Below, piece by piece: positions 25,417 to 39,739 of a DNA stretch of 64,000 nt. Source of the stretch: Octopus sinensis (lineage: Eukaryota). The stretch lies in NCBI RefSeq assembly GCF_006345805.1, contig NC_043008.1, positions 35,402,001 through 35,466,000 on the forward strand. Reading direction: 5' to 3'. Every line of letters begins with the position of its first letter. Within the stretch, counting starts at the first letter, position 1. Below the pieces are notes generated by a model. The model saw only the letters and a program-made list of their open reading frames with translations. It was not told the DNA's origin and searched no databases. Position numbers and translations under genes: made by a program.

Positions 25417-26404
25417 GAAGTAGAGAAAAAGTAGAGAAGAAAGACAGTGATATAGACTTTCTGCCAAAAAGTAGAAAAGCTAGTTTGCTTTTTTTCTCTA
25501 TTTCATGTTAATGTGATTTTTCTTGTCGCTATTGTTGGTCGTGTTTATCGCTCTCTGTTAATATTGTTGTTATTCTTATTGTTGTAAATGTCGTTGTTGT
25601 TGTTGTTGTTGTTGTTATTGTTGTTGTCGTTGTTAGTGATTTTTGTTTTGTTCTTGTATTGATGTTTCTATTGTTGTTCTTTTTTTCTCGTGTTTTTTTT
25701 CCTGCATTTCATGTTGCTATTACTGTTGTTGCATGTAGTTCTTTCTGTTGTTTTTTTTTTTTATTGTGTCATTTCTGCTGCACCTGCTGCTATTACCGCT
25801 ACTGCTACGAGTGTATATTGTTTTTGAAATTGATGACGATGATGATGATGATGATGACGACGACGACGACGACCACGATGATGATGTTGTCATTATTGTT
25901 GTCATAGTGTTCAGTTCGGTTATTTTTTCCTTGATCAATATTTCCAAGTTAACATAGATCTAACTAACCTTTAACGTTGTACCATATGAAACAAACATAT
26001 TATGAAAAGAAGGAAAGTCACTGGAACATTCTCTGGTGCAAAAATCTGAGCTTCAATTCAAGAAAAGAACTCTCAGTTGTTTCACAAACACAGGCACACT
26101 GCATTGTAACCATCTTTAAAACACTGCAGGCGTATTTTAAAAGTGTCATACTTTGAGCTTTGGGCTCAACTACATGTGTGGAGGCAGGGCAGACTCTAAG
26201 GTGTATGTGGCCAATCGAATCGCAGCAATAATCGCCCTCGAATTACATCATACAGTTTATAGTACGGAAAGGACGGTGGGGTGTGAGTTAACCGTAACAA
26301 CAAAATAGTTTGTTCGACATTTATGTATCAAAGCTTCTGACGTCAGCAAACATCTGTTAAGCACTAAAGACGAACAGTAAAACCATGGAAAAACAAGAAA
26401 TAAC

Positions 26405-27140
26405 GACATTGAAAAATATTCCTATTCCACCAAGGAAAGTATACATCAAACATTTTATCGACAAAGCAGAGGAGAATGAAATGGAAGGCCTTTTTTTTCG
26501 ATAAAGATATGTGCAGCCCACATGCAGAGGGCCACTGAGGTTTCAGATCTTACAAAAATCCACAACATATTAAAGATCTAGAAAAATTTGAAGACGATAT
26601 TCAAGTTAGTTAGAAATGTAAAATTCAACCAAGAGTCCAGCAATTTCCAACACACGTTATAGACATACATTGAACTTTTCAAAACATCAACAAACATGTT
26701 TATTAAAGCAGATAAAACGAAAAATATTTATGAAGTAAACAAACAGACACACAACAAATTACCAACCGACAACATAACTAAAACATACAAGAAAAAAAAA
26801 CGCCATCACATAAATCAATTAATGTGGAAGCAAACTTTTAGCCACAAAGTTTAACATAGAGGACAAAGTAGTGAAGCTTATTCCATGAAACCTTTCATAA
26901 CCCTGAAAGATCGTAAAAATAACTCCGCGCAAAATCCTAGCTGTCAATTAATAAATCACACAAAAGCAAAATAGGAATTATTTGTAAATCCTTATTAGAT
27001 AATATTATACGATATATCAGGACACACTCAAATCATACTCAAGGGATATGCAGTAGAATAACTATTGAATGATTTAAGAAAATAGAAGATAAACCCAAAT
27101 GCAAATTTATACAATTCGATATCGTAGAGTTCTACCCTCC
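26405..27140 (+). pseudogene. Penelope-like element reverse transcriptase fragment, decayed
   Basis: Manual translation gives TLKNIPIP..Y..; RRMKWKAFFF; FIKADKTKNIY; KPFITLKDRKNN..NPSCQLIN; IGIICKSLLD; KFIQFDIVEFYP. These match Penelope RT motifs, with stops and frameshifts. Confidence 0.85.
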
Positions 27141-27606
27141 CACACACATATGCATGTATAGACACACATCTTTAATATTGTTTTACGCATTCAACTGTGT
27201 CCATGCTGCAGCAAAACCTTGAAGGGTTTTAGCAGAACGAATCGGCCCTAGTACTTATCTATTTTAAGAGTAGTACTCATTCTATCGATATATAGATATG
27301 TATACACTTATATATATAGATATATATATATATATATATATATATAAGGGAAAAAGTCAAGGTAGAAAATGCTAAAGTAATTTTATCATAAAAAACATAT
27401 TAGTACCGGTTTCAGTCATTGAGACTTTTTCAACTTGCATGGAAAATAATTAAATTTGGGAAAAATTAAATGAAAAGGTTTTAAAAAGAATATTTGCATC
27501 GTATTCAAATACAAGGGGCATTTTCCTTGTTTCTGCCTGTCCCTTTCCCTGTCACTGTCTCAGTTGTTTACTCTTGTCGACTCAAGGTTGTTGTGAATTC
27601 TTGACA

Positions 27607-27694
27607 AAGAAGAAGAAGAAGAAGAAGAAGAAGAAGAAGAGAAGAAGAAGAAGAAGAAGAAGAAGAAGAAGAAGAAGAAGAAGAAGAAGAAGAA
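27607..27694. repeat. (GAA)n microsatellite
   Basis: Directly visible. Confidence 0.97.
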
Positions 27695-27734
27695 AAGAAT
27701 GCGAGAGTGGTATGATAGTAGTAGGATAGCTAGC

Positions 27735-27925
27735 TAACCTCTACACATTCTTTGTTTTGTCTCTTTATTGTGTCTACTTGTTTCTTTCTGTGTTCCTTTC
27801 TGTAGAAGAGCGTAGGCTCGAAACGTTAAATACTTTTTTCACTTCCCGAGCGTTATACTAATACATCTGTTTGTCTACACCAACTGTCTTCGTCTTTTGT
27901 TTATTTTTTGTGAATTCTCCCTGTA
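27735..27925 (+). mobile_element. Second copy of the GAGCGTAGGCTCGAAAC short repeat
   Basis: Aligns by eye to 14757-14944 and ends in a TA/TG microsatellite. Confidence 0.65.
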
Positions 27926-27936
27926 TATATGTATGC

Positions 27937-28061
<125 letters not shown>

Positions 28062-28070
28062 TATACGCAC

Positions 28071-28210
28071 GACGGGATTCTTTCTGTTTCCGTCAGCCAA
28101 ATCCAAGCTTTTGTTCAGTCCAAGGCGATAGTAGGTTACACTCCCCCAAGATACCATATAGTGGGACTGAACGCGGATGTGGTTGGGACAAATTCCTTAC
28201 CACATAGCAA
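28071..28210 (-). mobile_element. Family-B SINE 5' portion
   Basis: Reverse strand GCTATGTGGTAAGGAATTTGTCCCAACCACATCC..GTTCAGTCCCACT..TTGGCTGACGGAAACAGAAAGAA. Confidence 0.7.
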
Positions 28211-28426
28211 GAACGCTAAAACAAGCGGGAAATAGATAAATACCATGCAGTGCTTAGATAAACAAAAGCTGAAATTTCAAGTCCTTTATCCAGTGCAGAA
28301 AATCAGCGATAATAATGGTCTTTGTCGAGCAAGTATGGAAGTAGAAATAACAGATAAATACACATAGGTGTAATGACTGTATTTACATGGTATATAAATA
28401 CTCAAAAAGAACGCTGTATTAGTTGC

Positions 28427-29510
28427 ATCTTAACAGCTGTTTCGAATGAATAATTGTTCGTGCTATAACTACATCTTATACCATTGGCGTATGGAATAAC
28501 ATGATTTTTTACATATCAATGAGGCGAAATCTTTATCTTCTTCAGAAGATTCTTGCTAATAGCGTATTGTAGAGCAGTGTTTCAACATGCAGGCATGGTG
28601 ATAGTAGTACAGGAGAGGGAAATAAACATAGAAGGCAAGAGGGAGAAATGGTGACGGTATCTAAAGTGTAATTTGATCTTAGAAGACATTAGTTGATAGT
28701 GTCAAGAAAAGAAAAGATAAAATAGGTCATAAGAATAAGTAAGTGAACAAGACAAAGAGAGATCTGTCAAAGTGTAGAAGATATTAGCTGTCCAGCAGTA
28801 AGTAGTAAATAAATGTTAGGAAGAAAATATAAAGGGTCGCAAACAATGGCTCCATCACATCGGAGATACAGGTCAATAGAGGTAGAAAAGGAAGAGAGAT
28901 GTACGTTGCGCTGGTAAGAGATAGAGGAGGGAAGAAAGGTGAGAAAGCTCTAAGTGTGGTAGCGATCATACGAGAGTACAGTTGTTAAGTGTGAAGAGTT
29001 AAAGATAAAGAGTTGATGGAAGCTATTTCTTACGTTGGAACTATAAGGATTTAAGGTAATGGGAGAAAAATTGATTGAATAAATGCCTACACATGGAAAT
29101 TACGTCAAATAATAGATTAACGATACCTCATTCAGGTGTAAAATAGTTGGGTACTCGCTGCAATACAATTTGCAAGGTTGTCTGCTTCTATTGTACTGAT
29201 TTCCACCACAAATTATGGACCAGAATACGTTATAAAGTATGATCTCAACCTTGATGTGGTGGATTTAGGTGTGGGGAAGGTTGATTGTTTCCTCGCACTG
29301 TTTGTAAAAGAGCTCAGAAGTATCAGATAACGACGCTGAAAATCACTCGAGCATTAATGTAAACTTTGGCGAATTGGGTCTGTGTGATAGTGACGATATA
29401 TTTATACACACCATTAAAGTGTAAGTAATTAATCCCCAAAGAGTAGTTTCTAGATACTGTACAGTTGCACGTCGTATCACAGGTTATAAAAGATGGACAA
29501 GTCATTGTTA
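28427..29510 (-). mobile_element. Penelope-like 3' fragment: decayed GIY-YIG remnant (about 29230-29510) followed by a hammerhead-like motif (28427-28550)
   Basis: Manual translation TCPSFIT..NGVYKY..KVYI..RR(L)SD(RF)..VRGNNQPSPHLN resembles the Penelope GIY-YIG domain. Downstream lies ATCTT-CTGAAGA..GAAAC-AGCT-GTT-AAGAT. Confidence 0.6.
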
Positions 29511-30137
29511 ATGATATCAAAGTATTTATAAATGCTTTTAATACCATTTGCTACTATTCATCTATTATTTATTTTACGATACTTTCACTAATTCGACCGG
29601 CACCTTACCTACAGCCAACACTTGTTTACCTGGATTTCATCTCCCTCCGTATCAGGTCCAGTCCGAACACTTGTTGCCTATATCTATCATACAGGTTTTC
29701 ACGTATTCTTATTTGCTTTATAATATATGAATAAATAAATGTATATATATTTATGTATATTGAGAATTTAGTTTAGAGTTTCTCCGGTACTGTTTGCAGA
29801 AGACACTCTCGGCGAAACTTGAAGTAAACACACAGTATTGACAGTAAATATTATTTGAACTCTACAATCAGAATTCAGACATTTAGTGAATACATGTTTA
29901 GTGTAAATCAGTACATAAACAAAATAATAAATACAAACATGCTCATATATATATATACATTTACAATTATGTATGTATACCTATATTTAAATGTGTATAT
30001 GTATATGTATATATATATATATTATATATATATATATATACATATACCTATACACATTTAAATATAGGTATACATATATATATACATGATTATCTACAAC
30101 TAAATATATATGTATACAAGTATGTATATATATGCAT

Positions 30138-30218
<81 letters not shown>

Positions 30219-31099
30219 TCTATACATATGCACACAAATACACACACACCTATATATAGGTAAATATTTACCTTTTTATAGGTGTGTGTATTTGTGTGCA
30301 TATGTATAGACCTATATACACACATATATATGTGTGTGTGTATATATGGACATATGTATTTGTATGTACATATATGTACATATATATATATGTGTGTGTG
30401 TGTGTGTGTACATATATGTGCATGTGTATGTGCATGTGTGTGCATATGTATAAACCTATGTGCATACATATATATATGTGTATGTGTGTGTGTGTTTGTA
30501 CATATATGTGCATGTGTGTGGGCGTGTGTGTGTGTGTCTGCAGCGCCTTGAATAAGCCGCTAAACTAACTTCAAATCAGCATTATCTATCTAACTCTCTC
30601 TCGTACACATGCACACATACATGCATGCACGCATACATACATACTGTAGTAGACGGAATAAAAAGTGACTTTTTATCCTGTCTCCTATATACCGGAGCAA
30701 ACATGATTCAACACACACGCACACACACACACACACACACGCACGCGCACACATACACACACACATATAAATATATATGGGTGTATGTGTGTTTATTTGT
30801 TTGTTAAAAATGTTAAGGAATCAATATACGTAAAACTGCCAATATTGGAAGGTCAACTGGTAAGAAAAGATAGGTACACTTCTAGAATGATTTCTTTCTT
30901 ATATTATAGAAGAAATGAAAGAGCCACAGTTATATTGTAGCTGACATTTTGGTTAAACACAATGAAAAGACTTCATTCATAGTCTAATGTTTTGTTTGTG
31001 TACAATAAAATAAATTTTACCAACCTTTACTTACCAAACAAAATATATTACAGCCAGGGCATGACATTAAATTATACCTAATGAAGAGGCACATACTAA

Positions 31100-31178
31100 C
31101 TCAATAGCAGCTGTAGCATCAATAGCAGCAGTAGCAGCAGCAACAGCAGCAGCATCGGCAGCAGCAGCAGCAGCAGTC

Positions 31179-31248
<70 letters not shown>
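31100..31248. repeat. (CAG)n-like tract followed by (AGT)n
   Basis: Directly visible. It gives the poly-L ORF. Confidence 0.95.
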
Positions 31249-31249
<1 letters not shown>

Positions 31250-31304
31250 TTGACCCTGTGTTTCAGAGAAAGTGTTCCACTATGACCAGTTTTCTTTTCA
31301 GAAA

Positions 31305-31810
31305 TAGTATATATATACAGTTGAAATTTATAGAAAGACAAAAGAGGAAGACAGGTGTAGGAACAGCAAACAAGTGTATTAGTTTGACGCTCGGGTAAGA
31401 TGAAAAAGTATTTTACGTTTCGAGCCTACGCTCTTCGACAGAAAGGATCAAGAGGAAATAAATAGAGAGAATTAAAAAAACGTGTTGAGATCAGTGGTCC
31501 AACATGGCGATTGAGGAGAAAGGGCATATAATTAGGCATGCTGGAAAAAGGAGAAAGAAAAAGAAAAAGAGAAAAAAAGAAGATAAACTAAAAAGGAGAG
31601 AGAATTGCAAAGTATTAACGCACGAGGTTTAAAAGTTCAGAAAATTCAGAAAATTCAAAAGTCGTGGTAGATTCTAATCAACATCAACGAAAATAGCCAG
31701 TGAGATCCGCGAAAGCAGTGTCAACAAGAGTACGAAGATCCAGTGGTAACTCGGGTGGAGTGCTGCTATGTTGATGAGGAGTGGTGATGAAAGTTCGAGA
31801 TGTGGTTAAG
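31305..31810 (-). mobile_element. Third copy of the GAGCGTAGGCTCGAAAC repeat with about 350 bp of extra upstream sequence, possibly a Penelope 3' end
   Basis: Reverse strand TCCTTTCTGTCGAAGAGCGTAGGCTCGAAACGTAAAATAC at 31410-31446. The upstream part resembles a PLE C-terminus only weakly. Confidence 0.5.
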
Positions 31811-33512
31811 GTATATTTATACATGTGTGTGTGTGGGTTGATGTGTGTGCCTACGTTATCTAATATCTTTGAATTTAATAAATGTCTGATTTCGAGGTCG
31901 ATTTGGCTGCTAATTCTAGCACATCAAATGATGTTTGTTGATGATCATCACTGGTTTATTTGTATAATTCATAGTTGTCGTAATTGATGTTGTTTTTACT
32001 ATTCTTGTTGCTGTAAGGGTGGATGGTCGTTTACCCAATAAAACCAGGATGGGAGTTTAGAAGTTTCTTAAGCCTGAGGGTTGAGGCTCTAAGGACTGCC
32101 GCCCACCCACAACTTTATTCCTGAACCACTACTGCTATGACAATGAGATTAGGTCCATGTATAGGCCATTCGGAGACAAATACTTCTGCGTTAGAAAACT
32201 TTTGTTCACATCAGCATTTTTGTGATGACGTCATCTTATTTAACCAATTTAAGAAAAAAATTGCCTTTTTAGTTGCCTGAATTTTTCAAGAACTACTAAT
32301 GATATGATAATGAAACTTGACAGGAATATACTTCATTAATAGACAAACACCTTTCCATAACAAAAGCCTTGCTATTGTTTCGGTTACAAAAGCTGTATAA
32401 TCAAATTCTGTGACAAATAAATCAAAGAAATGTTATCATTTTATACTACCTGATCAACTCCTGCCGTTACCATAGCAACGGGGGAAAACGTTTTGTTTTT
32501 CAATATCAGTTATGTTAGCATTTAAAACGATAAATTTCAGAGAAAATTTTGCTTCCTTTCCAGAGTTATGCAAAACGAAACACGAATCGGGACTCTCAAA
32601 GCAAACCCCACCCCAAAAAGCATAATAGGATTAATGCACCAGTAAAACTAATTGCTTGTGATATTTCGCTACGGTTCTTAAAATTCTGAGTTCAAATCTC
32701 TGTAAGGTTATCTTTTGCCCTTTCTTCCTCCAAAGTTATCTTTACTCTTTATCCCCCCTCCCTGATCGATAAAATAATAAAGTAATCAATTACTGGGGTG
32801 ATGTAATCGACTAACCCTCACCCGACCCCTTAAATTACTGGTCTTACGCCTATCTCTGAAGTACTTGATGTTGCTATTGTTGGTATTGTCATTGTCTTTG
32901 TTCGAGTACATTTCGATTTCAATTGATCTATGATCAAATATTTATTAGTTTAAACCATTTCATCTTTTGTTTTCATGCAGGAATAGTGTATCTAGGGTTA
33001 CATCGTCCATTGTTTCTTTTATTTAAATTAAAAGGTAAGATGTGAACTGAGGGGGTGACGACTACGTTTTCTAGAACGTTCAACAATGACCTAGAAATTC
33101 TGAAGTTCTTTAATCCTATGTCAGTTTTCATTGAGCAGAAATATGGTCAAATATATCCAATAATGATATGACTATCCCCACACGCCCGGCATTTTGATGA
33201 AATATTTAAGAAATTGGTATCAGACGTTACTCCCATGACCATCTCCTCATATTGGTTATATATTAAGAATTTATTCTTAGAAAGTCTATCGCAACAATCT
33301 CCACCGTTTGGCTTCATATGTAGAATTTCATTATCATGTGTCCAATCCAATTTTAAGAAGGAATTTGGCAGCAGTTTCTAACGGATAAAGGGACGGCATT
33401 GCGGATCCCTTGGTATATATATTAAAGACCACGTAACAGGCTGAAAGAGAAAGTTAAAAAATCATAAGAGGAAGTGGTTGAGAAGAAACGAAATAACCAA
33501 AAATACTTCCAT

Positions 33513-34311
33513 CTATTGAACATAGAATTCCGCGTTGACTGTTTGGTTCCGTTCAAACAATTCGTAATGGATAATTCCTTCCCAGTCCCACCATACGCAC
33601 AACATTGTTTTACGATCTTGTTTCACGCGCGGTGTCGCTTGTTTACGCTGCTTCTTATTGATGTACAGGCACCATTTTTCGTCGCCAGTAACGATTCTGT
33701 AAAGAAATCGTTGCTTCTGTCCATGAGTTGAGTGGTGACGAGCAAGCAAACCAGCGGAGATTGTGACTCGTTGATTTTTGTTCTTGTCATTTAAAGCATG
33801 CGGAACCCATGCTCTATACTTCTGACCTTTATCATCGAGTGAAGATGCTTCTCTATAGCAGTGTGGGAGCATTCTCTTTTCTCTGCCAGTTCCATTGTCG
33901 TTTGATGAGAATTTTCGTGCACAAGTTGGTTTAATCGTTCTTCATCGAACTCAACTGGACGGCCAGAACGAGGTGCGTCTTTGAGGTCAAAATTTCCAAA
34001 TTTTGAACTTGGCATACCAATCACGTGCGGTTCATTCAGCTATGTCACCCTCCCATACACAGAACAAATGTCGAGAACAGCTTTTGTGGCCTTAGAACCT
34101 TGATTAAAAGCAAAAAGGAGGTGTCGAAAATGCTCGTTTTTCTTAACTTGACATTCCATTTTAAACATCTGAAAATAAACAAAAATTAACTAAAATTAAC
34201 TAGAAAAAAAAACAAAGACAAAATAGATTCCGAAATTATTCAAAATGTAATTCTCGAAGAAAATAAATTCCAAAATTTTTAAAAATGGCGGGAACTTAGT
34301 TGTCAACCCAA
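33513..34311 (-). mobile_element. Mariner DNA transposon: 5' TIR plus a frameshifted, 3'-truncated transposase
   Basis: The 5' end TA-TTGGGTTGACAACTAAGTTCCCGCC is TIR-like. ATG at 34159 (MECQVKKNEHFRHL), then FDLKDAPRSGRP, WVPHAL, RIVTGDEKW and TMLCVWWDWEGIIHYEL. The second and third catalytic residues and the 3' TIR are missing. Confidence 0.93.
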
Positions 34312-34799
34312 TATATATATATGTATATATATGTGTATATACATATATATATATAATATATATATATATATTATATATATATATATATATATATTATTAT
34401 GATTTTAATTATACTGCAGTAAATTTTTTATGCACTATTTGTTTCCGGAATCTTGGCGCGCTTTAACGAGGGCATTCGAATCATAACTGCGAATATAATC
34501 GACTAAACCACACGTGTGTTTGACGTTATGTTATTCAAGACAAATTCTACTGATGAACTACGGATATATTATGCAAGTAAAATTCCATAATACATTAATA
34601 GAGAAACAATTGTCAAGAATTAATCTACATTTTTGTTATTTTTCATTTGCCCTGCTCGTCTACGTTAATAGTTGTGGTAATTCTCCTTGGAAACAATTTT
34701 TGGTGTTGAGACCATAGCGGATCTATTTTTAGCGCAAGAGTCGACCACATAGTGGACACTCTCTTATATTTGTGTATATATATATATATGTATATATAC

Positions 34800-34867
<68 letters not shown>

Positions 34868-35330
34868 CATTATTGGTGAATTGAAAATGGAGCTGAACGC
34901 AGATTGAACAGAAATCGTTTTATTTCATTCTACACCGTGTTTCGAAAGGCACAAATAAACCAAAATTTGTGCCTTTCGAAACACGTGTAGAATGAAATAA
35001 AACGATTTCTGTTCAATCTGCGTTCAGCTCCATTTCTTCAATTCACCAATAATGTTTTAATTTCAATTATCCGCACCAACGCACGGTTGCACGCCAGATG
35101 GTTGTACCTCCAACCGTGCTGTTTACTGCTGTGATTTTGCCTACTAAGGTATCGGTTAAACTTTTGATTAATCTACTACAAGATTATTCATCTTTCTATT
35201 TCACATAATATATATATATATATATATAATATATATATATATCATGTAAATGTACAAATATATATATATGTATATATGTCTCTCTCTCACTCTTTCTCTA
35301 TACACACGCACACACACACACACACACACA

Positions 35331-35370
<40 letters not shown>

Positions 35371-35625
35371 TACAATTAAGCATATAAATGCAAAGCAAGG
35401 TGGAAAAGAATAGTACTCGAATACCAAAGGTAGAGTAATATGCTTTTATTAAAGCTGCAACATTTTGACAGAGATTCACAATATTGTTCGTCGGACTGTT
35501 GTGATGAATAATGAATTAAAATGACGATTTTAATTCAATATTCTTCACAGCTGTCCTTCGATCGGGGATGTGAAACTCTGAGTAACAGTTTCGTGAAAAT
35601 TTTGCAACTGAAATAAAAGTGTAAC

Positions 35626-35671
<46 letters not shown>

Positions 35672-35776
35672 CACACGCACACACACACATGCACACAAAC
35701 ACACACACACACACATATATATATACATACATACATACATACATACATGCATGCATTCATTCATACATACATACAA

Positions 35777-35809
<33 letters not shown>

Positions 35810-36203
35810 CATACATATATACATACATGCATACATACATACATACAAAAACCCTGTTGTTAATGTTGAAATTTCAATTAAGGAGCCTTGGATCAAGGTT
35901 GGAAACTGGTTCTTTCTTTATTGGCAAGAAATCTTGAAATAAACTGAATAATGACATACATACATACATATACGCACAGACATACACATACACTCACACA
36001 CGCTAACTTGTATATCTGTATATATTTGTATACGTATGACTGAATACATCTTGTTTATATGTACGCATTTACGCCTCTATTTGTATATGCATGCATGTCT
36101 TCCTTTCTCTCTTGCTCTCTCTCTCTCTGTCTCTCTCTGTCTCTCTCTCTCCGTATTTCTCTCTAAGTACATACATACATGCATACATATATACGCACAT
36201 ATG

Positions 36204-36237
<34 letters not shown>

Positions 36238-37091
36238 CAAATACACAAATATATCTGTATATTCAAACGTACATACATGCATCAATATATCTTTATGCAT
36301 ATATATTCGTGCATATATATATATATATAATATACTTTTGTGTGTTCACGTATATGTTTCTTATATGTTTAATATACACACACTTATATGTATTTATCTA
36401 ACTGTAAGAGTGTATATTTGTGTGTGTGGTTGCGAGTATATGACTCTCAGAATAGAAAATACTTCAGCTATTACGATTTCACCATCTGTATTTACAAACT
36501 GAAAATTACACGTGAGTACAGACAAGAACAACAAGTGGCGACATCTATCTTACCACAACCTACAGTGCACATCATTACATATATGTACGCACATCCAAGT
36601 ATACACACACGCGCGCATGCACATGCACATACAGCCATACATGTATACATCCTCCGATTGCCTCTCCATTCTTTTTGACGCCTCTGATTATATCCAACTC
36701 TGCTCCAGTGCTATCTCCATCCACTCCTCCCGACTCCCTGCTTTTTTCGAAGTCTCACGTTGTCTCTGACAATGATTAGTTCAAGACCGATAACTTTTGT
36801 TGTTTATTATTTCCCAGGATGCCACATTGATGTCACAGCTGATAACAAACATGTCAGCAACAATAACAACCACAACAACAAAAGCAAAGCAACATACAGC
36901 ATCGGCGGCAGCAGCCACTGTATCGATAAAATTTACAAAGAAGTGTTCTCTCCCTCTCACTCTTACACACTCTCTCTCACTGGCTTTCGCGCGCGCTCTC
37001 TCGTGCTTTCGCTCTCCCTCTCTCTGTACGTATAAGACGTATAAATAATTATATATAATAATTTATGCATATGTACGTGTATATATATGTG

Positions 37092-37179
<88 letters not shown>

Positions 37180-37265
37180 TATGTGTGTGTGAATATATAT
37201 ATATAATATATACATATTCACATATATATAGACATACATATATATATATATAATATATGCATATT

Positions 37266-37310
<45 letters not shown>

Positions 37311-37331
37311 ATATATAATATATGCATATTC

Positions 37332-37362
<31 letters not shown>

Positions 37363-37370
37363 GCATATTC

Positions 37371-37401
<31 letters not shown>

Positions 37402-38318
37402 GCATGTATGTATTATGTATATACGAATCCATACCATACTCATGACTCGAAAGATTTGTTTTGTATCGATTTTAGTGGCATTTCACTTCAAATCCTTTTT
37501 TTATATATATATATATTTCACTTTTTACTTCATTTTCTATTTCATCTAATTTTATTCAGCATTTTACCGGTTTTTGTTTCATTTCTTTTCTTCAATTAGA
37601 TTTAACATAAAATCACAATTACAACAACAACAGCAACAACAATAAATATAATAATTATGCTGTAAAACAAAATGAAACGCCATGTTAGAAATGATTACAT
37701 AAAAGAAGATAATGCATACGTGCACAGCTATGTATGTGTTATGGTAGTATGTATGCGTGTGCTTATGTGCATCTATATATGTACATTTATACTCACACAC
37801 ACATACACACACACAAACACCCACACACATATACACACATATATATATATATCATCATATATATACATATATATATATATGTGTGTGTGTATGTATACAT
37901 ATATATATGTGTATGTGTGTATATATAAGCACAGTGAGAGACAAAGAGAAATTGTGCTGATATACATGTGTGTTTGTGTCTGCATACATATGTATGCATA
38001 TGTATATGTAAATGTATGTGTATATATTATGTATATGTATATGTATATTATTCCAGTGCCTATATTCTATATACTGACAAGCATATTCTATACATACATA
38101 CTTGACATCTATGTATATCTGTTACATTTATCAATAGACATTAAAATACAAATGTACATATAAAAACAGAATTTATTTCAGACACTTATGTGTGTTTTGT
38201 AATTACAAAAAAATAAAATAAATGATTAATGTACTTGGCAATTGTTTGATACTAAATCAAAAAATATTATTTAGTAATTTGAGACAGAAACTATCTGTAT
38301 ATAGATGTGCTTACATGA

Positions 38319-38397
<79 letters not shown>

Positions 38398-38489
38398 TGT
38401 GTGTGTGTGTCTGTATGTATATATTCACACATATGTATATTTATGCAAGCATATATATGTATAAATATAAACGTATATATATGTGTGTG

Positions 38490-38527
<38 letters not shown>

Positions 38528-39739
38528 TCTAGATTTTTAGATATATAGTATACATGTGTGTACATAAACATATTACTGATATACATATATTTATACATAT
38601 GCATATATAGAAACATATATGTACGTACATATGTACACATATACATCCATATATACATTTATACATTCATATATATGAATATGTGTGAAAGGCCACGGTG
38701 TATCTATAACTTTAAAAATTCAATTTTTTTTTAAATGATGATTGAATTTTTTTCTAACATTCCAACTTACATCTTATTTAAATTTTACAATCATATTTCA
38801 ATTTTGCATAAACTGTTTAACTATTTTTACGTGTGTATTTCAAGCGCGCTTCTGTGTTCATGCGCCATTTTGTCTTTAATATTTCTTATGTCGATTGAGT
38901 GTGACCTCGATACACCGACTCTTGTCACTTATCAATCAGCTGACCATTTATTCTACAGATCATGTGACTTCATAAACTGCTGTGTCAGTCTTTTATGCGA
39001 TGATACTGCATTAATGATAATGCATTAAGGACAGCATTAATGTTACATCAATCACAATCCTCCCAGAAACCGTCAGTGCTTATCGATTAGTCAACCATCA
39101 CTCTATTATCATTATCGTCATCGTCATCATCATCAGCAGCAGCAGCAGCAGTAGCAGCAACAGCAGCAGCAGCATTAGTAGTTTAATTTGCCATTTTGGA
39201 TTTAATCTTCCTATTCTTCGCAGTATATCCATGAAAACTTTATTTTCGCATGAAATGTTGGGTTCGATCCCATTGCATGACACCTTAACCTAGGGTCGAC
39301 CCATGGCTTGTAAATGAAACTAGGTAGACGGAAATTATATAGAAATCCGTCGGACAAACTGAATCCGCAATTCAAAGACTACAGTTTTGTCACTTTGTCA
39401 AAGAAAAAGTTATGAATACACGCGTCTGTGGAATGCTCAGCTACTTATATGTCAGTCCAAGTGTAGGTTATCCGCTTGATCGAACAACGGAATTCTCATC
39501 GACAAACGACGAAGATCCATCCGTTTGGTCCGTAAAATTCTTAAAAGCATGTTGCAATTAAAATAATATAATATAATATAAATACTTAAAGATGTGCAGT
39601 CATCTTTGTGTTGTTAAGAATTTCGGTTCACGCTTTCATGGTTTCGGGTTCAATCGCACTGCGCAGTACCTTGAGCAAGTATTTTCAACAAGAACATTTT
39701 CAAAAGAACGCCCCACATGTTTTCCGCCAAGAAAATATG

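Noticed and set aside
32150-32635. Possible non-autonomous DNA transposon with GTTACCATAGCAAC and TGATGACGTCA motifs
   Set aside because: Only one plausible terminus is visible, with no matching TIR or TSD.
36819-37035. Candidate exon after a good acceptor (CHIDVTADNKHVSNNNN..)
   Set aside because: The sequence is the same degenerate AAC/GCA trinucleotide class found non-coding elsewhere in the window, and there is no convincing donor.
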